A stretch of 64,000 nucleotides of DNA from an uncultured Mediterranea sp. (lineage in GTDB: Bacteria; Bacteroidota; Bacteroidia; Bacteroidales; Bacteroidaceae): positions 56,587-120,586 of the forward strand of contig CALZEQ010000002.1 in NCBI GenBank assembly GCA_945641355.1. The letters run 5' to 3'. Under the pieces are notes generated by a model. The model worked only from the letters and a program-made list of their open reading frames with translations. It was not told where the DNA came from and did not search any database. Below are positions 1-8,036 of the stretch, one piece after another (position 1 is the stretch's first letter; every line of letters begins with the position of its first letter). A program made the translations under genes and the position numbers.

Positions 1-1
1 C

Positions 2-913
2 GGTTATCCCGCATGGAACAGCGCCATCGTGATGAACATCGGTAAGATGCAGGCCACCGGTTGGGAATTCAGTGCCAACTGGCATGATCAGATTAACAAA
101 GAGTTCAGCTATAATGTCGGCCTCAATCTCTCGGCTGTCAAGAACAAGGCCATCAAACTCTCTGGCGACGGTCCTGTCTATTCAGGTGACTTCAACGGCA
201 GCCAGATTCTTCGTGCCGAGGACGGATGCGAAATCGGTCGCTTCTATGGTTTTGTGGCCGACGGCCTGTTCCAGAATTGGGAAGAGGTATATGCCCATAC
301 CGGCGAACACGGGGAAATCCTGCAGCCAAATGCCGCTCCCGGCGACATCCGCTTCAAGGACCTCGATCACAACGGCGTATTGGACGAAAACGACAAGACC
401 TACATTGGCAACGCCTATCCCAAGTTGATGATGGGTCTGAATCTGGGATTTACGTACAAGAATGTTGATTTCACCGCCAACTTCTACGGCACCTTCGGCA
501 ACGACATCTTCAACAAGACCAAGAGCCGCTACTCGGGCATCAACGGTGAGAACGTCTATGCCGGTACGCTGGCCAAGGCTTGGCATGGTGAAGGCACCAG
601 CTACGACATACCTCGCCTGACAGCCAATGACAACAACCAGAACTACAACCGTGTATCCAGCTTCTTCGTTGAGGACGGCTCATACTTCCGTTGCAAGCTG
701 TTGCAGGTGGGCTATACACTGCCTAAGAGCTGGTTGGGCGGCAACGAACTCCGTCTCTCCTTCTCGGCGCAGAATCCGTTCACCATCACGGGTTACTCCG
801 GCATGGATCCCGAACGTCCGCAGTTGGGCAGCAGTGTACTTGAAACCGGTATCGACGGTGTGGCTTACCCCAATCCGCGTACTTTCTTATTCGGTATTGA
901 CTTTAAATTTTAA
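2..913 (+). CDS. SusC/RagA-family TonB-dependent outer-membrane transporter, C-terminal fragment (5' end lies outside the window)
   Basis: The reading frame is open to the window edge. The sequence is beta-barrel-like and ends ...NPRTFLFGIDFKF, the aromatic terminal strand typical of SusC. A SusD gene follows 13 nt downstream. Confidence 0.85.
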   Translation, partial: GYPAWNSAIVMNIGKMQATGWEFSANWHDQINKEFSYNVGLNLSAVKNKAIKLSGDGPVYSGDFNGSQILRAEDGCEIGRFYGFVADGLFQNWEEVYAHTGEHGEILQPNAAPGDIRFKDLDHNGVLDENDKTYIGNAYPKLMMGLNLGFTYKNVDFTANFYGTFGNDIFNKTKSRYSGINGENVYAGTLAKAWHGEGTSYDIPRLTANDNNQNYNRVSSFFVEDGSYFRCKLLQVGYTLPKSWLGGNELRLSFSAQNPFTITGYSGMDPERPQLGSSVLETGIDGVAYPNPRTFLFGIDFKF

Positions 914-925
914 TTCGTTGAAGTT

Positions 926-2554
926 ATGAAAAAGATATTTACCATAGTGGCCATGTTCGCCACCTTATCCTTCTCCGCTTGTTCCGACTTCCTGGAGGAA
1001 GATGCACGAGGACAGCAGAACCTTGACAACTACTTCCAGAGCGAAGCGGATGCCGAAGACTTCCTGACTGGATGCTACAATGCCATCACCTACCACGGCT
1101 GGTGGCAGATTGAGAACTTCTGGATACTGACAGACATGTGTACAGACGACTACTGGATGGGCAACACCACTCAGGATCAGAGCGGATACCTCTCGCTGGC
1201 ACACTATCAGGGTGTGGGCCAGAGCAACGGTACCATCTCCAACTTCTGGCAATACCGCTACAAGGGTATCCTGCGTTGCAACATCGCCATCGAGCGTATC
1301 CCGCAGGCCAATATTCTGGATGAAACCAAGAAGGCCCGTCTGGTAGCCGAGGCCAAGTTCCTGCGTGCCTACTTCTATTTTGAGCTGGTGAAGAATTTCG
1401 GCGGTGTACCCGTTGTCGACGGTTTCCTGCTGCCCGAAGAGGTGGCCGGCATCACCCGTTCCACCACAGAGGAGGTATACCAGCTTATCGAGCAAGACCT
1501 GAAGGATGCAGCTTCCGTATTGCCGCAACGCAGCAAGTACAGTGCCAACGATATGGGTCGTGCCACCCGTGGTGCCGCACTTGGCCTGCTGGGTAAGGCA
1601 CAGCTCTACCAAGGTAAGTTTGCCGATGCCAAGACTACGCTGAATACGGTCATTACCGAGGGCGAATACCGTCTGATGGACGATTTCGGCAAGGTCTGGA
1701 ACATTGACTACGAGAACAACGAGGAGTCACTCTTCGAGGTACAGAACCGCTACGACGATGTGTACGACCTGGGTGGCAGCATGTCCATCGTATCGGGTAA
1801 TCGCTCGGGCGGCGACCAGGACGGATGGGCTTGGGGTCTCCCCACGGCCAATCTGGAGAATGCATTCATCGAGGCAGGCGACTACGAACGTCTGCAGTGG
1901 ACCATCATCAAGAACGGTGCTCAGGAGATTGCCGGCGAACCCGACTTCGCAACGTTGGTCGAGAAGCAAGGCAACCAGAACGGCGACGGCTCGTATGCCG
2001 TTGACCCCGCCAAGCACAAGTCGGCCCGTATCAACCGCAAGCTCTACATTCCGTTGGCCAAGCGTCCCGAACACTACGACCAGCCGAAGGTGCCTCTGAA
2101 CCACATCATCCTGCGCTACGGCGACGTGCTGCTGATGTATGCCGAGGCTTGTAACGAGACGGGTGACGATGCTGCAGCCCGTACCTACCTGAACCTCATC
2201 CGCCAGCGTGCTCACCTGGCCGATGTCACGGCCAGCGGTTCGGCGTTGCGCGATGCCATCCGTGCCGAACGTCGTCTGGAGCTGGCGTGCGAAGGCCATC
2301 GCCTGTACGACCTGCGCCGCTGGAAGAACGATAGCGGCAAGGCGCTGATTTGCGACATCATGGGTCCCAACGGTTCTTTTGTACGCTGGAACACCAACGA
2401 GGCCACTGCCGACCCCTATGAATGGGAGAACCAGTATGAATCGAGCGATAAGGGTGCCACTTTCCAGGAGAACCGCGACCTCCTCTTCCCGATTCCGTTG
2501 TACGAAATCACTATTTCCAACGGAACTATCGTTCAGAACCCGGGATGGAATTAA
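926..2554 (+). CDS. SusD/RagB-family nutrient-binding outer-membrane lipoprotein
   Basis: Lipoprotein signal (LSFSAC). SusD-like motifs are present (FLRAYFYFELVKNFGGVP; IRAERRLELACEGHRLYDLRRW). It sits directly after SusC. Confidence 0.9.
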   Translation: MKKIFTIVAMFATLSFSACSDFLEEDARGQQNLDNYFQSEADAEDFLTGCYNAITYHGWWQIENFWILTDMCTDDYWMGNTTQDQSGYLSLAHYQGVGQSNGTISNFWQYRYKGILRCNIAIERIPQANILDETKKARLVAEAKFLRAYFYFELVKNFGGVPVVDGFLLPEEVAGITRSTTEEVYQLIEQDLKDAASVLPQRSKYSANDMGRATRGAALGLLGKAQLYQGKFADAKTTLNTVITEGEYRLMDDFGKVWNIDYENNEESLFEVQNRYDDVYDLGGSMSIVSGNRSGGDQDGWAWGLPTANLENAFIEAGDYERLQWTIIKNGAQEIAGEPDFATLVEKQGNQNGDGSYAVDPAKHKSARINRKLYIPLAKRPEHYDQPKVPLNHIILRYGDVLLMYAEACNETGDDAAARTYLNLIRQRAHLADVTASGSALRDAIRAERRLELACEGHRLYDLRRWKNDSGKALICDIMGPNGSFVRWNTNEATADPYEWENQYESSDKGATFQENRDLLFPIPLYEITISNGTIVQNPGWN

Positions 2555-2625
2555 TGGAAAACTTCTCGAACTGACGATAGATTGTTTCAGAACGCTACCG
2601 TTCAATAGGTATATTTTATAACTTT

Positions 2626-2684
2626 GTCGCGGGTATGCCCCTCTTCCGTGTGGGGTTGCCCGCGACTTTTATTTAGCACTTGTA
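2626..2684 (+). terminator. Rho-independent terminator-like hairpin after susD
   Basis: GTCGCGGG (2626-2633) pairs with CCCGCGAC (2669-2676), with further inner GC pairs. It is followed by TTTTATTT. Confidence 0.6.
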
Positions 2685-2687
2685 ACT

Positions 2688-4316
2688 ATGACTGTGAAAT
2701 CCTATTTATCATTACTTACCTCTGCCTTGTTAGCCTCTCTGCTGATGGCTTGCGGCAGTGATTCACCCTCTACACCCGACACGCCGGACACTCCCGATGT
2801 GCCGGACGTGCCCGATGTACCGGCCGGCAGTGTGGAGAAGCTGGTGACGATTGATGCCGGACAGACCTATCAGACCATTGCCGGATTTGGTGCTTCGGAT
2901 TGCTGGATGCCTGCCACGGTAGGCCGTGAGTGGACGAAGGGACGGGCCGGCATTGCCGAACTGCTCTTCTCGTCCGAGATTGTTGCCGGCCAGCCTAAGG
3001 GCATCGGCCTTTCGCAGTGGCGTGTCAACCTGGGCGGCGGAACGGCTGAACAGGGCGCGGCCAGTGGCATCGACGACGAATCGCGGCGTGCCGAATCCTA
3101 TCTGAAAGATGACCTCACACTGGATTGGAGCCGCTGCGAGGGACAACGCTACTTCATGCAGCAGGCCAAGGCATTGGGCTGCAATAACTTCATCCTCTTC
3201 AGCAATACTCCGCCCGTGCAGTATACCTACAACGGCAAAGGCTATTCCAACCGGGGTGGTGTCAGCAACCTGAAGGACGATTGCTACGACGACTTTGCCG
3301 CCTATATGGCCGATGTGGCCGCTCACTATGTCGCCGAAGGCTATTCCATCAGCCACATCTCACCCGTCAACGAGCCTCAGTACAACTGGGACGGCGGACA
3401 GGAGGGCAGCGGATGGACCAACGAACAGGTAGCCCGGCTGGCAGGCGAGCTGGATGCAGCCTTGACTGCCCGCGGACTCTCTACCGACATCCTGCCGGGC
3501 GAGGCCGCTTCTTGGGAATATCTCTACAAGATAAAGGATGGTGCCGACCGCAGCAACGTCCTCTCCGCTTTCTATACACCCGGTACTTCTACCTACATCG
3601 GCGACCTGGCACATGTCAAAAAACTGGTGTGCGGGCACAGCTACTGGACCGACGGCACCTGGGACGGGATGCGCAGCGTGCGCAAGCAGGTGGCACAGAA
3701 GGCTGAATCGCTGGGCGTAGAGGTATGGCAGAGTGAATGGAGCATGTTGGGCGACGGATACAGCTCCGCTGAATTTGTAGGTTATGACCAGGCTACCGAG
3801 ATGGACATTGCACTCTATATGTCGAAGGTCATCCACAACGACCTTACGGTGGCCGGTGTCACCTCGTGGAGCTTCTGGACCTCCATGGATATGCCGCGCT
3901 ACGGACACAAGGACCGTTTCCTGCTGGTAGCGCTGACTCCGGCCGGAGGCGAGTACGGTGACATCCATCAGGAGGGCACCTATCAGCCTATGCCCACCTT
4001 GTGGGTACTGGGCAACTACAGCCGTTTCATCCGTCCGAGCTATCGCCGTGTCGCTTTGTCGCTCAACGAGTCCAATCTCTTCTTCGGTTCGGCCTATCTC
4101 TCGCCTGCGGGAGACAAGTTAGTGGCTGTCTACACCAACCTGTCCGAACGTGCCATCCGTCTTTCGGAGACCCGTACCGGCTGGCCTGCTGCTCCGAAGT
4201 CCATTACCACTTATACCACCACCAGCAGCAAGAAACTGCAGGAGGCCACCCTCTCTGCCTCCGCTCAGGTAGTGCTGGATGCCGGCAGCGTCACCACGGT
4301 GGTGTATAATTTTTGA
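2688..4316 (+). CDS. Glycoside hydrolase family 30-like lipoprotein (O-glycosyl hydrolase, glucosylceramidase-type fold)
   Basis: Lipobox LMAC followed by a PD(T/V)P linker. GFGASDCW near the N-terminus. Candidate acid/base in ISPVNEP and candidate nucleophile in VWQSEWS, the usual GH30 arrangement. Confidence 0.7.
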   Translation: MTVKSYLSLLTSALLASLLMACGSDSPSTPDTPDTPDVPDVPDVPAGSVEKLVTIDAGQTYQTIAGFGASDCWMPATVGREWTKGRAGIAELLFSSEIVAGQPKGIGLSQWRVNLGGGTAEQGAASGIDDESRRAESYLKDDLTLDWSRCEGQRYFMQQAKALGCNNFILFSNTPPVQYTYNGKGYSNRGGVSNLKDDCYDDFAAYMADVAAHYVAEGYSISHISPVNEPQYNWDGGQEGSGWTNEQVARLAGELDAALTARGLSTDILPGEAASWEYLYKIKDGADRSNVLSAFYTPGTSTYIGDLAHVKKLVCGHSYWTDGTWDGMRSVRKQVAQKAESLGVEVWQSEWSMLGDGYSSAEFVGYDQATEMDIALYMSKVIHNDLTVAGVTSWSFWTSMDMPRYGHKDRFLLVALTPAGGEYGDIHQEGTYQPMPTLWVLGNYSRFIRPSYRRVALSLNESNLFFGSAYLSPAGDKLVAVYTNLSERAIRLSETRTGWPAAPKSITTYTTTSSKKLQEATLSASAQVVLDAGSVTTVVYNF

Positions 4317-4335
4317 GAAACAGTATTCTATATAA

Positions 4336-6768
4336 ATGTATGTTGCTATGAGAATCATTTCTTTGTTTTTGTTCACCTGCCTCCTCTCGCTATCCGTGCA
4401 GGCGCAGGTTTCTTTCGGTGAGGCATCCCGCTTCAACGACGGCTGGCTCTTCCTGCTGCAGGATGACTCCACCGCATTTTCTCCCCAGTATGACGATGCC
4501 GGGTGGCGTCGGCTCGACCTGCCTCACGACTGGTCGGTAGAGGGGCATCTCTCTCCCTCGTTGGCCAGCTGTACCGGCTATTTGCCCGGTGGCATCGGCT
4601 GGTATCGCAAGCATTTCCGGGTAGACGATGAGGCGGCCCGCCACTACATCTACTTCGAAGGCGTGTACAACCGTAGCTCGGTCTATCTCAACGGCCATCT
4701 GCTGGGTCATCGTCCCAATGGGTACATCTCCTTCCTCTACGACATGACACCCTATCTCAACCGTGAGGGGGACAACGTGCTGGCCGTGCGGGTAGACCAC
4801 AGCCGCTATGCCGACTCCCGCTGGTACACAGGTTCCGGCATCTATCGGGATGTCTGGATGGTGACGTCCGGCGATACACACTTTGCCCAGTGGGGGTTGG
4901 GATGGAAGACGCTCTCCCTGACCGATGCACAGGCTACGCTGCAGGTAGACCTCTCGGTGGAACGGCATCAGGCGGCTTCGCAAAACCTGCAGGTGCGTGC
5001 TTCGCTCTTCGATGCCGACGGCCGGCAGGTGGCTGTGCGCTCTGCCCGGATGACGGCTCGCGAAGGGCTGACGCAGACACAGCTCTCCCTGAAGCTCTCG
5101 CGTCCCCACCGATGGGATTTGGAGACCCCCTATCTCTATACATTGAAGAGCGAACTGCTGGTCGGCGGACGAGTGATAGACCGCGCCGAAACCACGGTGG
5201 GACTTCGTACCTTGCAGTTTGACGCCAACAAGGGCTTCGCCCTGAACGGACGTTGGATGAAGGTAAAAGGCGTCTGCCTGCATCACGATGCCGGTGTGCT
5301 GGGTGCTGTGGTACCTCCCGAAGTATGGGAACGCCGCTTGCTCGGCCTGAAGTCCATTGGTGCCAATGCCATCCGCATGAGTCACAATCCGCAAGCCCCC
5401 GTACTGTATGACCTGTGCGACCGCTTGGGCTTCTTGGTGATGGATGAGGCTTCCGACGAGTGGGAGTTCCCCAAACGCAAGTGGGTGCAGGGCTGGAACG
5501 TAGGTACCCCCAGCTTCGACGGTTCGTTCGACTTCTTTGAGGAGTGGATTGAGCGGGATGTCACGGATATGGTCCGTCGCGACCGCAACCATCCCTCCAT
5601 CTTCCTGTGGAGCATCGGTAACGAGGTAGACTATCCCAACGACCCCTATTCGCACCCCATACTGGATGGTGCCAAGATTAACCAGCCCATGTTTGGCGGT
5701 TACAAGCCCGATGCCCCCGATGCCATGCGTATCGGACGGATAGCCAAGCGACTGGCTGCCTGTGTGCGTACCATCGACTCTTCCCGTCCCGTCACCGGTG
5801 CCTTGGCCGGCGTGGTGATGTCCAACGAAACGGAATATCCCGATGCGGTAGATGTGGTGGGATATAACTACACCGAAGACCGCTATGACATGGATCATGC
5901 CACCTATCCTTCACGCATCATCTATGGCAGCGAGACGGGTTCGGGCATCGAGGCTTGGAAGGCTGTGGAGGAGAAGGAGTTCATCTTCGGCCAGTTTATC
6001 TGGACAGGCACCGACTACCTGGGTGAATCGGGCCGTTGGCCTTCGCGCGGCCTCTATACCGGTTTGCTCGATTTCGGCAGCTTCCCCAAACCCCGCGGAC
6101 AGATGCGTGCCTCGCTGTGGAGGGAAGACCCCGTCTGCTACATCGGCACCTATCCCTTGCCGGAAAATCCGCAGCATCGTCGCTGGCTGTCGCCCGACGC
6201 CTGGGACAGCTGGAACTACGAGCCCGGCCAGACCGTGCGTGTGGTCTGCTATACCAATGCGCCTCAGGCACGTCTCTTTCTGGACGGTCGTCAGGTAGGA
6301 GCCATGCAACCCCGCCCTGCCGACAGTGGCATCATCCATTGGGACATTCCCTATCAGCCCGGCCTGCTGGTGGCTGAGGGATGTAGTGCCGATGGTCAGC
6401 CCGTTGCCTCCTATTCCATCCGTACTTCGGGTCGTCCGTATGCCCTGCGGGTGACAGCCGACCGTACCAACCTCTCTGCCCAGAAGGCTGTTGCCTGCCT
6501 CACGGTGGAGGTGGTGGACGAACAGGGCACCGTGGTGAAGCTGGCCGACAACGACATCGCGTGCCGTGTAGAGGGGCCTGCCCGTCTCCTGGGACTGGAA
6601 GGCTCGGACAACAGTGACATGAGCGATTATACGGCTCATCATCGCCGTGTGTTCCATGGTCGCCTGCTGGCCTACATCCAGACTACAGGCGAGGCCGGTG
6701 AGGTACGTGTACGCTTCACCTCTCCTTTGCTGCAGGGGGCGGAGACGGTGATTTCGGTCTCTCGTTGA
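4336..6768 (+). CDS. Glycoside hydrolase family 2 (beta-galactosidase-like), secreted
   Basis: Signal peptide (an alternative start is MRIISLF at 4348). GH2 sugar-binding, Ig-like and TIM-barrel order, with the hallmark NHPSIFLWSIGNE acid/base motif. Confidence 0.85.
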   Translation: MYVAMRIISLFLFTCLLSLSVQAQVSFGEASRFNDGWLFLLQDDSTAFSPQYDDAGWRRLDLPHDWSVEGHLSPSLASCTGYLPGGIGWYRKHFRVDDEAARHYIYFEGVYNRSSVYLNGHLLGHRPNGYISFLYDMTPYLNREGDNVLAVRVDHSRYADSRWYTGSGIYRDVWMVTSGDTHFAQWGLGWKTLSLTDAQATLQVDLSVERHQAASQNLQVRASLFDADGRQVAVRSARMTAREGLTQTQLSLKLSRPHRWDLETPYLYTLKSELLVGGRVIDRAETTVGLRTLQFDANKGFALNGRWMKVKGVCLHHDAGVLGAVVPPEVWERRLLGLKSIGANAIRMSHNPQAPVLYDLCDRLGFLVMDEASDEWEFPKRKWVQGWNVGTPSFDGSFDFFEEWIERDVTDMVRRDRNHPSIFLWSIGNEVDYPNDPYSHPILDGAKINQPMFGGYKPDAPDAMRIGRIAKRLAACVRTIDSSRPVTGALAGVVMSNETEYPDAVDVVGYNYTEDRYDMDHATYPSRIIYGSETGSGIEAWKAVEEKEFIFGQFIWTGTDYLGESGRWPSRGLYTGLLDFGSFPKPRGQMRASLWREDPVCYIGTYPLPENPQHRRWLSPDAWDSWNYEPGQTVRVVCYTNAPQARLFLDGRQVGAMQPRPADSGIIHWDIPYQPGLLVAEGCSADGQPVASYSIRTSGRPYALRVTADRTNLSAQKAVACLTVEVVDEQGTVVKLADNDIACRVEGPARLLGLEGSDNSDMSDYTAHHRRVFHGRLLAYIQTTGEAGEVRVRFTSPLLQGAETVISVSR

Positions 6769-6784
6769 TGACTGTATGATGTAC

Positions 6785-6858
6785 ATTCCCACAGATGAGA
6801 CAGAGTGATGTGCCGCTAACGCTTGTGTGCGGTGTGTATCTGTGTCATCTGTGGGAAT
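6785..6858 (+). terminator. Long imperfect inverted repeat (17 of 18 bp stem, 38-nt loop) downstream of the GH2 gene; possible terminator or structured RNA
   Basis: ATTCCCACAGATGAGACA (6785-6802) against TGTGTCATCTGTGGGAAT (6841-6858). It starts 17 nt after the GH2 stop codon. Confidence 0.4.
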
Positions 6859-6975
6859 TCGTTTCGTACACCGGAGACTCCTTCCACAGCCTCTGCTCCC
6901 TTTTCAGGATGAGGCTTGAATGGTAATGTTACTTTACAAATTGAAGGGCACAGAAGCCCGTTTATAGAGAGCATG

Positions 6976-7040
6976 ATTCAGGATACGACTGAATGTATTT
7001 CAGGATGCGACTGAAACCTATTCTGAATGCGACTGAATGT
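6976..7040. repeat. Three tandem copies of a ~22-bp unit, WTTCW-GRATRCGAC-TGAAW
   Basis: ATTCAGGATACGACTGAAT / TTTCAGGATGCGACTGAAA / ATTCTGAATGCGACTGAAT. The CGACTGAA cores start at 6986, 7008 and 7030. Confidence 0.8.
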
Positions 7041-7184
7041 TGATGTATCTATATTATTGATTATCAATTGGTTGAAAAATGCGTTTTTCGATTTGCTCTC
7101 CGTTTTGCTAATAGTAAATATACTTGACGTATTGCAGCTTGTTGATGGCACTGCTTGTGCCGCTTTCGCTTGCCTTCGCAGGTT

Positions 7185-7973
7185 TCAGATAACATACTGC
7201 ACCTCTTTGAATAGGTAGCTGCACTCCTGCCCCTGCTCATCTTCCAGCACAAAGCGGCCGTCACCTTCTACACGGAGCAGGCGGGCTTGGAAGAGGCCCT
7301 GTGCATCCTGGTAGGCATGATAGCCCCGACGGCGGAAGAGGGAACGTGCGTAGCGGGCTGAAATCTCGGCCGAATAGGAGGCCCGGTCTGCCAGCTTCAA
7401 CCCCTCGTAATAGGTGGAGAGACGTTGGAGGATGTGGCTCAGTATCTCTTCCGGCTGATGCTCCTTTCCGGTAATCTGCTTCAGCGATACCGGGTTGGGG
7501 GCATCGCTTACGAAGTGTTCCTGGTTGATGTTGAGCCCCACACCGCAGATGCAGCGTCCGATGTGATGGCCGGCCAGATCGTTCTCTATTAGTATGCCGC
7601 AGATTTTCCGTTCTCTCCAGTAGATGTCGTTGGGCCACTTGATGGTAATCTCATCCGACCATTGGCTCAGTTCCTCCTTGATGGCCAGCGACAGGATTTG
7701 TGAGAGGACGAACTGGTTGCGTGCCGGCAGGAAGGTAGGGTATAGCACCACGCTGAAGAGCAGGTTCTTGTTCCTCTCTGCCTCCCAGCTGTTTCCCCGC
7801 TGTCCCTTACCTGCCGTCTGGTAGCGTGCGGTGACGGTGGTAAACTCGGCTGTCTGCTCACCCTCTGTGTCACAGAGGGTGGTGAGGTATCGGTTGGTAG
7901 AGTCGGTCTCTTCCAGCGCAATGAGCGGGAAGTGGTATGTTTCTGTTTGACTTTTCATACTGTACATATTCAT
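7185..7973 (-). CDS. birA: Biotin--[acetyl-CoA-carboxylase] ligase
   Basis: GKGQRGNSW biotin-binding loop and the KWPNDIY motif. Length is typical of group I BirA. Confidence 0.85.
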   Translation of the reverse strand: MNMYSMKSQTETYHFPLIALEETDSTNRYLTTLCDTEGEQTAEFTTVTARYQTAGKGQRGNSWEAERNKNLLFSVVLYPTFLPARNQFVLSQILSLAIKEELSQWSDEITIKWPNDIYWRERKICGILIENDLAGHHIGRCICGVGLNINQEHFVSDAPNPVSLKQITGKEHQPEEILSHILQRLSTYYEGLKLADRASYSAEISARYARSLFRRRGYHAYQDAQGLFQARLLRVEGDGRFVLEDEQGQECSYLFKEVQYVI

Positions 7974-8036
7974 GAAGCATAATTGGCTGCAAGATACAAT
8001 GAAATTCTGAAACGGGCAAGCGTCAGCACGCCATTT

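Noticed and set aside
4390-5898. A 502-aa ORF antisense to the GH2 gene.
   Set aside because: It lies entirely within, and opposite to, a gene with clear GH2 motifs. Its composition (G/A/V/H/R-rich, no motifs) is typical of shadow ORFs in GC-rich coding DNA.
6976-7040. CsrB/RsmZ-like protein-sponge RNA (hairpin loops containing AGGAU).
   Set aside because: The loop motif is only a partial match to the CsrA consensus, and to my knowledge Bacteroidales lack CsrA. The structured-RNA idea is kept in general form, but not this specific assignment.
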